A stretch of DNA of 63,589 nucleotides, filler included, from Folioceros fuciformis (taxonomy: Eukaryota), in assembly GCA_049999805.1 (NCBI GenBank). It is 19 parts of 19 records of this genome, joined end to end, with 100 filler letters (N's around TTAATTAATTAA, not from the genome) between each part and the next. Parts side by side here need not be neighbours in the genome. Positions count along the whole stretch, not along the records: positions 35,497 to 38,937 come from JBNGIO010006659.1; positions 39,038 to 42,762 come from JBNGIO010006660.1; positions 42,863 to 48,585 come from JBNGIO010006661.1; 16 more parts are not named here. One strand, written 5' to 3'. Below are positions 36,101 through 45,800 of this stretch, piece after piece. The notes under the pieces were generated by a model. The model was given only the letters and a program-made list of their open reading frames with translations, ran no database searches and had not been told where the DNA came from. Position numbers and translations under genes: made by a program. Position 1 is the stretch's first letter, and each line of letters opens with the position of its first letter.

Positions 36101-36892
36101 AATCCCCGGACTGCTTGCAACCTGAGCTCCATTGCCTTCTGATTGAATGCCTGAAGCTGGTCTGTTGAATAACCTCGGGTTTACCTCCTTCGAGGTAAAC
36201 CCATGGTTTTGAGACTGGCCTCTGATTCTAGACCGACCTGCACCGTCGTAATCGGTTGACACATGTGCATGCACGAAGATTAGCGCTCTTGCATCTGACC
36301 ATCCCGAGTAGGGCCAAAGGCCAAAAGGATATGATTTGTACGTGTACAAATAACTATGCACATGTTTGGACTCTTGAGAGACAAACTGAAAATAGACGAT
36401 CACAACCAGATAAATGAAGATCGTACCTATACGTACAAAGACAAAACGTGGAAAACTATATATACATATATACTACAGCCTATACACGTGACTGTGTTTT
36501 GATATACTGTACATAGATACGCAGACGCGTGGGAGACACGCGAGGGCGTAGAGGCCATGTCCGAAATGTGTGCTGTAAGAAATTCTGTTCGAGAAATAGC
36601 AAGCAGCTCGAGACAACCTGCCATCCTTGGGGCTCAAGCCAGGATCCTGGGAGCTCCGTCTTCATCTTCAGAGGTAAGAGCCGGCATTTCGTTGTGCATC
36701 AACATCATGTCTTGCTTGCCATATCCTGGTCTCACCTGTCAGGACTCAGACGAGTCTCTTCGTATTGTATTGTAGGGTGCGGCAACCAGGCTCCCCACCA
36801 ACGCAGTCAGCAACTGGATCGGAACTGCAAGAACCGAGCCGAGCATCGGAGAGCTTCTTCGACAGGAAGGAGGGTACATCGTTTTGCGTGGC

Positions 36893-37628
36893 ATGGACAC
36901 GGTGTCGGTGCTGCCCGAAGATCCTCCTGCGTTGGAGGCTAGTTCTCTGGACGACGCTGCTATTGGGGTCGCGGCTCGTGAATCGGTCCGGGGTGATCGT
37001 TTCTTCTGCGATGATGATGATGGTCCTGTCATCTTTGGTGATCGTTTCAGAAACGGCAGAGATTTCTTCTGCGATGATGATCCTTCCGTCGTGCATGGTA
37101 GTTTCTTCCACTTAAATCGTCCTTNNNNNNNNNNNNNNNNNNNNNNNNNNNNNNNNNNNNNNNNNNNNNNNNNNNNNNNNNNNNNNNNNNNNNNNNNNNN
37201 NNNNNNNNNNNNNNNNNNNNNNNNGTCGTTCCTTCGAGCTTGGGCCTTTCATCCGGCTACCCAACTTGCGGCCTTTCATCAATCCGGATTGGCGGCGCGT
37301 TCTACGTCGTTATCTCCTTTGTCGGGATGAGAATTTTCTGAGTCTTGTGCCGCTCATCGGGATGTATAGTCAAGAGATGACGGGCAAGGATGAGAAGGCA
37401 ATGACCGAGATGCTTTTCCGTCTGCTTGAGGAGCCGGCAAGGGTTGCTGTGCGTGATTCCCCATGGGCCAAACGGCTTCTGTTCGGAAAGGATAATGCTG
37501 CGCCAAACGCCCTGCACAAGAAGCATCCATTCATCAAGAAAGGAGAAGCCAACAATCGCTTCGCGAGTAATAAATTTGCAAGAGGGTTAAACTCCCGTAA
37601 CAGGGATCGGCCACGCCTGTCCCACTAA
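36893..37628 (+). CDS. Orphan ORF interrupted by an assembly gap; shares a 5' leader with the gasdermin-like gene
   Basis: ATG at 36893 lies in a context homologous to ATG 33260. Duplicated FFCDDD motif; the post-gap open frame runs to TAA 37628. Confidence 0.45.
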
Positions 37629-37964
37629 GCGCCTTTCTCAGTCAGGCCTGGCATTTGGCCGCAGTCTTTTGATGGCCTTGTGCTTGTGTGGTGAGGCCTA
37701 GCAGTTGGCGGTCTTGTGACGGTGTTCAGTGAAGGAAGTTGCCATAAAGGGTCCAGCAGGGGCAAGCGTGCATTGCCGTTAAGGGCCATGCCTTGCAGGC
37801 TTATGGTTCGGATGTTGTTAGTGAACTCCTTGCAATGATTCTAGAAAAGTTGCCCCCTCTACTTCCTCTTGTGTCCCTGTGTGAGTTCTGAATGCTTCCT
37901 CTTGTGTTCCTGTGTGCGCTCTGAAAAATGAATGCACAAAGGTTGCTTGTCCTTCCTTCCCTTC

Positions 37965-38052
37965 ACCTCACCAAGGCACCTCCCTGCATCTCACCAAAGG
38001 CACCTCCCTTCACGTCACCAAGGCACCTCCCTTCACTTCACCAAAGGCACCT
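37965..38052. repeat. 22-24-bp minisatellite CACCAAGGCACCTCCCTTCAC, 4 copies
   Basis: Directly visible tandem units. Confidence 0.85.
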
Positions 38053-39559
38053 GGTGACACACCTTTTCCTCTCATAGTAGCGGCATGTGGACACAATTTC
38101 CTGCAGGTCTTGCAGACTCTGGGATGCTATTACACCAATTGAAGCTTAACCCTTGAGGAGATGATTGACGGGACGCGCAGACCTCCTGGAAAGCTTCTTC
38201 TTCTTTCTTAACAACTTCGCCCGCAGACCTCNNNNNNNNNNNNNNNNNNNNNNNNNNNNNNNNNNNNNNNNNNNNNNNNNNNNNNNNNNNNNNNNNNNNN
38301 NNNNNNNNNNNNNNNNNNNNNNNNNNNNNNNCGGAATTTTTCAAAAACAATGGCTGTGAGCCTCCAACGAAGAAAAAAAAAACTGGCACGTGGAAGAAAA
38401 AACGTGTTACGGGATTAAAAAAAAAATGTGGTAAAAATAAAATTCCAGCGCTGGAGGTCAGGATAAACTTGCATGGTCTGTGACATACGTTAAGATTTAA
38501 CATGCATGGCCTTTCACGTATTATAGTAGGAATAATATTCATTTTATGCAATTGCGTCAACAAAGCTTATGTTTAAGATACATACACCTTCAGATTTAAC
38601 ATACATGGCCTTTAACAGCCTAAGTCNNNNNNNNNNNNNNNNNNNNNNNNNNNNNNNNNNNNNNNNNNNNNNNNNNNNNNNNNNNNNNNNNNNNNNNNNN
38701 NNNNNNNNNNNNNNNNNNNNNNNNNNCCGGTCAAAACTTGGCCGATACGTGACGGAGTAAGGAGCAGTCGTGACCGCGTAGGGAACCTGACACGAACGCC
38801 GTAAATAGTCCATGCTTCTCTGCCAGTGTCTTACAGACTCAAGCTCAAGACTCAGACATTGTCACCCACACCTCTCACGACATCTTTCTTCTTCTGATCT
38901 GAGATCTTGCATTTCGTTGTGCTTCAACATCGTGTCTNNNNNNNNNNNNNNNNNNNNNNNNNNNNNNNNNNNNNNNNNNNNTTAATTAATTAANNNNNNN
39001 NNNNNNNNNNNNNNNNNNNNNNNNNNNNNNNNNNNNNAAGACCTGGAACTATCTGAACCATCCCCGCCACATGGAGAACTTCGACTCCCTGATTCCTTTC
39101 ACTCCCATGACTTGGATTCGACGTCCCCATGCGGAAGTTTTTGCCCGTTGACGTGGTTTGGTTGTTCTCAGTGTTCACAAAAGTTTTCGGCTGGTCTGGC
39201 AGTCTACTATTTATGTACGAGGTTTTACTTTTCTGCCATTTTTGGGTTCTTCCTTTTCAGAGGATATATAACTTATGATGTTCTACTGTTCTGACATTAG
39301 GTTGTTCTTTTCCTGGGCCTGTTTTCTCAGGCCTCTAGAGGAATTGAGCAGAGCCGTAGGGTAGTCTACCATGTTAGAGATCAGAGCTATGTCCAGAGGG
39401 TCCAGAACGTTTTGTTTTTGGTAAGTCTATTACGTGTGCGGGAGGTGGTTCAAGTCTGTTTTCCTGCAACGATTAATATGCATACGTTTTAAAGTTTGTA
39501 GTTCGGTGAAAGTGGGATGGCATGGAGCCGGGGAATGATTTGTATACAGACAACTGCTT

Positions 39560-41680
39560 ACGCGGTTAGCTTGTAGCAACTGCAGACGTCGGGACTGCCA
39601 GGCTTCGATACAGCAGTCAGGAGAGATGTAAGAATGACTAGCTAGATCTAGGATGCTTCGGCACGGTCGAGCAAGACGTTTTGGTTTCGGGTCGCATCGG
39701 TCACCCTTCTGCACGATGGGTACTTCATGTGCGGGAGATCCGAAAATAGCCCAAAACTCTGAAGCCTTACAATCTGATCTCTGTAACTCCATAATATTGT
39801 CCACCCTTCCGACGTTCACTTTCACATTCAGATATGCTTCATGCACGACAGCTGCAGAGCGAGAAATCAGCCGAGGGAAGAAAAGACCAGAAAACCACTC
39901 GATTTGGGAATTCCCGCACATTGGGATTTTCCAAAATCTGTCCAAGAAGGCCCCTTTGAAAGGTCGTCGACCCAACTCGACAGAGACTTGAGGGCTGGGT
40001 AGGAGTATTGCAGCCAGATATCAGGAACCTGGCACAGTACGTAAGTTGCTGGGAGTACGTGTCTTTGGAAAGTATCCGGGGAACGCACAAATTCTAGATG
40101 CAAAGAGGGCTTACACTGTCCAGCAAGGATACTGTTGCACATAGCTTCTGTGGAGGCGGTCATGTCCTCAGGGTGCATGATTGCCTTCAGGGAAAAACAG
40201 AACATCAATTAGAGGTTTCCGTAGTGTGTAACTGAAATCCATATCCGAGCGTCACACTTTGGCGGTGGGTACTCAACTGCAGCATCCTACCGACACACTC
40301 ACACAATCCCTTTTTCTGCCTTTATATCACATGGGAAGATGAGACGAATGAAATGATCCCATCGAAAGATTACGCTCCAAGTTGGAATTGCAAGTGTGTC
40401 TTCACACTCAGTATGTCACTTCCTCGAACTCCAACATGCATGTGAAAGGTTCGACAATTTAAAGAGTTCTGGCAGCACTCCAGGAATAAGTGAAGGCCAA
40501 TGCTAACAGTTCGTTTACTTCTCTTCGTGCGCGCCCAATCACTGCTTCCTTGGGAAGCCCCATCACCTGCTTGCCGCACTTTTCAACTTCTCATCGAGCC
40601 ATGTTTTGCCCTCGAGGCTGACACTGTCTGTCAGACTTGCATAAGGTGCAAGCCTCGGTGCACACGTTTCATGAAAACAAGCTCAGGGTCGGGCAAGTGT
40701 TGAGTGTGGTGGATGAAGTCAGGTCCCAGATTGCCTGTATCTTTGGCCATGTGGCAGATAACATTTTCATCACCACTTCCCAGTTGTTGTACTCATCCTC
40801 CGAAGCAGGAAATGAACGATTCATTCCACCTGCAAAACTTTTGCATTTCCATGCTCTTGGACGTATAGTCATGTCGTAGAGAAAGTATATGCTCCAGAAC
40901 TCACTTTGACCACCATAAATCAATTCACTGCTGGAGCACCCGAATGGCTGGGCTGTATTATGCAGCCGACATAGTCAGCCTGGTCTGCATCAGGTGTCTC
41001 CATCGGCAGCCTCTCGTCGGGTTTCAGTTCCTTTCTGATGTCAAAAAGAGCTCGTCAAGCCACCCCGCTCTTGGGCCATGGAGTGGAACAGGGAAGCGGA
41101 AAAACATGCCTAGAATGTCGCACGTCTCGGCCCTCCCTTCTCATCCTCCATCGGCCGCTGTCTGTATCATTGTTACCACGTAGAGAATCAGATTGTAGTA
41201 ACCAGAATCAGAATACTTGGGCCATTACAGAGTTGTCTTCCTCTGCCTGCTGGGACAGTGTAGAATCTTACGAATTTTAGATTTCACTCCCTTCGAAGGC
41301 TTTGACACGATTCCGACACTACATTCAAAGCAGCACATGCTAAGATGTGAAAGATCACTCAGTGGCCACCTACAGCGCTCACATGGCCAAGACGTGAGAG
41401 GAATGCCAAAGAGCGTGCTGTACCAATTTGTAAGAACGCTGGATGGGCGCCCAGTCAGCGGTTGGATTGTGAGCCAAACACGAAAAGTGATTTTGCTCAA
41501 TGCTTTGCCTTCACTCCTCCAAGGCAACTTCCAGCTTTTTCATAAGGCACCTTCTGAACATGTACACGTGATGACAATTTTGGAGAATCACCCACCTCTA
41601 CATGAGCTCCTTGACATGAATGGTTAGCACTGCTCTGCTACCGTGTTGTAAAAGGAGCCTGAGAAGAGAACGAAAATCAT
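39560..41680 (-). pseudogene. Decayed dynein heavy chain, AAA6 and C-terminal region
   Basis: Correctly ordered motifs RWVILQNCHH, FRVWLT, IYGG, KAI...MTASTEAMCNSILAGQ, VPDIWLQYSYPALKSLSSWVDDL, WFSGLFFP and EVPIV, broken by stops and frameshifts. Confidence 0.8.
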
Positions 41681-42289
41681 AGTTGTTGGGAGCTTCTGCA
41701 CACTAGTATCCACTTCCCCATGCCCCCATTCAGCTGCGATCATCACCTGGTTAGGTGTCTTACACATTTCATGCTCTTGGACTGCAGCTAAGTCCATTCC
41801 TTATGTAATTTGCGGGCTNNNNNNNNNNNNNNNNNNNNNNNNNNNNNNNNNNNNNNNNNNNNNNNNNNNNNNNNNNNNNNNNNNNNNNNNNNNNNNNNNN
41901 NNNNNNNNNNNNNNNNNNTATGTAATTTGCGGGCTAGTCTCATTGTGGGCTTTGGCTCTCTTTTTGGTTGTTTTTCCTGGATAGATGGAATTTTTCATTT
42001 TTTTTAATATTATATATCATTTTTATTAAAATTATAAATAATATATTGTATATATTATGCGTACCGAGTAATTACATCTTGATGACTTAAATCTAAAAAA
42101 CTATGTTTTAGTGTGGATCTAATTTATGATATACACAACTCCGCAATACATAGTCACACATTAAACACGAATGGTGTTATGCCCTGTGTTGCATCTAGGT
42201 GTAGTACATATACATACACGTCATGTTCTTAACCTTACGACATATTTTGCCCTAACGGAGATGAAAGTGTTGTGTGCAGCCGTCGAAAC

Positions 42290-42432
42290 AATATGTGCAA
42301 GATAGGGTTGCAAGCTCTTGTGGTGTTAGATAGGTTGTGAGATCTAGTGGCGAGAGGTAGGTTGCAAGCTCTAGTGGCGCTAGGTAGGTTGCGAGCTCTG
42401 GTGGCGCGAGATAGGTCGCTAGCTCCAGTGGA
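42290..42432. repeat. 27-bp minisatellite (GTTGCAAGCTCTAGTGGCGCTAGGTAG), ~5 copies
   Basis: Tandem units, also seen as repeated ELATYL peptides in the ORF track. Confidence 0.85.
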
Positions 42433-42630
42433 TTGGGTTGGCGGCGCAAACAAGCTCAAGCTGAGTGGGTTGGTAGCACAAGCTAATATCATCATGTCTC
42501 ATTCGAAGGATTGGCGTGATCGAAAGACTCTCTATATATGGATGAATGAACCATCCAAGACGAAAATTGGTGGAAGGCAGAACAATGGGACAGGAAATGA
42601 TAGTGGAATACAGAATAATGCTCGATTGAG

Positions 42631-42762
42631 GATGGAGGAGAACATCTGGAAAGACCTCAACCAAAATGTGCTTTTCGAGGTGGTAAAGAGATTGGGTCCC
42701 AAGGATTACATTGCCTGTATGCTTGTATGCAAGGCATGGCAAGCCATGCTGATGCAACCTTA
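42631..42762 (+). CDS. F-box protein N-terminus, truncated by contig end
   Basis: WKDLNQNVLFEVVKRLGPKDYIACMLVCKAWQAML fits the F-box consensus. True start may lie further upstream (ORF from 42347). Confidence 0.75.
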
Positions 42763-42862
42763 NNNNNNNNNNNNNNNNNNNNNNNNNNNNNNNNNNNNNN
42801 NNNNNNTTAATTAATTAANNNNNNNNNNNNNNNNNNNNNNNNNNNNNNNNNNNNNNNNNNNN

Positions 42863-45800
42863 AACACTTTAAACCTAATCTACGAGGTGCGAAACTATTC
42901 TATCCAACACCCCCACTTGAGCTCTTCGTAATTAGGTTTCGATGGCGGCTGCTGCCTTACTGATCATTTTTGCAGGGCTGAAGACCTAGTCTACTTGCAT
43001 GTTTGTTGTGCAGTTCCTTCGGCAGGGCCTTCGTCAGTAGATCAGCAGGATTATCTGCTGTAGGGATGTACTGAATTCTCATTTGACCATCTGCCACCAC
43101 TTCTCTTATGAAATGGTGGTGGATTTCTATGTGTTTAGTCTTTGAATGAAGCACTGGATTTTGTGAGAGTGCAATCGCTCCCTGGTTGTCACAGTGAACC
43201 ACAGTTGCTCCAACCTGCACCATACCCACATCAGATAAGTTTCTCCTGCACCAGATGGCCTCTTTTGCTGCTACCGTAAGTGCCTTGTATTCAGCTTCAG
43301 TGCTTGAAGTGGAGATTGTGTTTTGCTTCTTGCTCATCCAGGATATGGGGCCACCTGCTAACAAATAGACATATGCTGACAGGGATTTTCTATTGTCTAA
43401 GTCTGAAGCCCAGTCTGAATCTGTAAATCCCTCCAAGGTGAGCAACTTCTCTTTCATTCCTTCATAGACTATGCCGTGTGTTGGAGTTTGCTTAAGGTAT
43501 CTAAACGTCCTTTTTACCTGACTCCAATGTTCTGGTGTTGGGTTCTCCAGGAACTGTGACTCAAGGCTAACAGAAAAGGCAATATCTGGTCTTGACACAT
43601 TTGCAAGATAAATTAAAGTTCCTACTGCATGCCTGTACGGCGTTCTGGCCATATCCTCTGCCTCTTCTGGTGTAAGCGGATTCTGGCTTCGTGCAAGCTT
43701 AACGCCAGTAGCCAGGGGAGTTGCTGACCCATTTGCATTTTCCATATTGAACTTCTTTAAGCTGTCTCTCACATACTTATGCTGGCAAATGGTCAGCCTT
43801 CTGACTTTTCTGTCTCTGGCAATCTCAACTCCCAGGCACCACGTTAGTTTACCCAGTTCCGTCATTTCAAACTCCTTTCTCAGGAGTGCTTTCACCTTCG
43901 GCAGCAAACTATGCCTGCCCTTGGTCGCTGCCAGGACCAAGTCATCCACGTACAGCAATAAAATCAAGACTGCATCTCCCTCAGTCATCAAATACAGACC
44001 AGGGTCTGCTGTACCCTGCCTGAACCCCAACTGCTTCAGGTAAGAATTTATGCGTTGATTCCAAGCTCGTGGACTCTGTTTTAACCCATACAGGGTTTTC
44101 ACCAACTTACACACCAAGTGTTCTGTTCCAGGCTTGATGTAGCCCTCTGGCTGCTCCATGTACAAGTCTTCCTCCAGTTTCCCATGCAGGAAAGCAGTCT
44201 TTACATCCATCTGTTCCAAGTCGAGGTCAAGGTGTGCCGTAAGTGCCAGCACCATTCTCAAAGTTGTGAACTTGACAACTGGAGCAAAAGTATCATTGAA
44301 GTCCACTCCTGGGATCTGTGAAAACCCTCGAGCAACCAAGCGTGCTTTGTACCTCTCAATACTGCCATCTGCATTCATTTTTCTTTTAAAGACCCACTTG
44401 CATGAGATGGGCTTGCGTCCCTTTGGCAGCTCCACCAACAGCCAGGTACCATTCTGGATAATTGATGCATATTCATCATCTACAGCTCTCTTCCATTGCT
44501 TAGCCTCAGGTCCTGAGTATGCTTGTGTCAATGAGACAGGTTCAGAACCATCCGTGGTGGCTGCCAGCATGGCTTGGATGTACGCATTTGAGAGCTGAGA
44601 GTATCCCTCAATTTCAGCACTGCTACTTGGCAGATCTCCTGCAGGCTGGCCAGTCGAGGCAGGTTGTTCAGAGGTCGCAGGTTCACCCTCAGATCTGGTC
44701 TTTTTCGTTTTGACCTTCTTCACCCGCCAATCCTCCATCTCCAATGGAGGCTCTTTCCACGGTTTATTCCTCTCTCTGAGATTATAACGACCTCGTGTTT
44801 CTACTGCAGGAACCTCCTCAGCGATGGGTATTTCACGTTCTGCATCAGCATGCATAAAAAATTCAGCTTGACTATCAGCTTCAGCTTGCTGATTCAGTCC
44901 AGGGTCGTCCACAGGAGTGCTGTCCATTTCATCATCTCCAAATTCAGGTGCGAGAGTTTCAGCATTTTGTTCAAAGTAAGATACTTCCGCCTCTCCAGGT
45001 TCAGCAAACTCTCCTGCAGAGGACCACTCAACGACATCTTCTTCCTCATTGTCAAGCTGATCTGCCACCACACCACCAGGACTCGTACTAGCAATGGGTA
45101 AGTCTGAGCTTGATGGCTTCAGTATACTCTTCTCGTCAAAGATCACACTCCTAGCATGGCTGACAACCCGGGACACAGGGTCGTACAGTTTGTACGCTTT
45201 GATCCCGTCAGTGTAGCCAATGAAGACTAATTTCTGGGCCCTGTCATGCAGCTTGGTCTTGCGCTTTGGTTTTGGAACAAAGGCATACGCAGGTGAACCA
45301 AATATCCTCAAGTGCTGCACAGATGGCTTACGACCCCACCATGCCTCGAACGGTGTAGTACCAGGTAACACTCTAGTGGGCAATCTGTTCAATAAATAAT
45401 TGGCAGTGTTGATTGCCTCACCCCAGTAATGCCGAGGCAGACGTGCTTGCTTGAGCAAGGCTCGTGCTGTCTCCTGAAGGAGCTGGTTCTTCTTCTCAGC
45501 TACTCCATTGAGTTGAGCAGTGTACGGTACAGTCAGCTGTCGTTGGATGCCAAGATTCCTACAATAAGCTGTGAACTCCCCTGAGGTATATTCTCCACCA
45601 TTGTCAGATCTTAGGCATCTCAGACTGCGACCATGATGGCGTTCCACTAACTGCAAATACTCCTTGAAATGCTGCAGGGTGTCACTTTTATGCTTGAGAA
45701 TATACAGCATGCAATAGCGAGTGCAGTCATCGATAAAGGTCAAAAAGAACGAGCCTCCACCAAAAGAAGGTACAGAGATGGGACCGCAAATATCCGAGTG

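Noticed and set aside
39038-41800. KDZ/CxC transposase suggested by Cys-rich short ORFs
   Set aside because: Minus-strand motifs fit dynein heavy chain instead.
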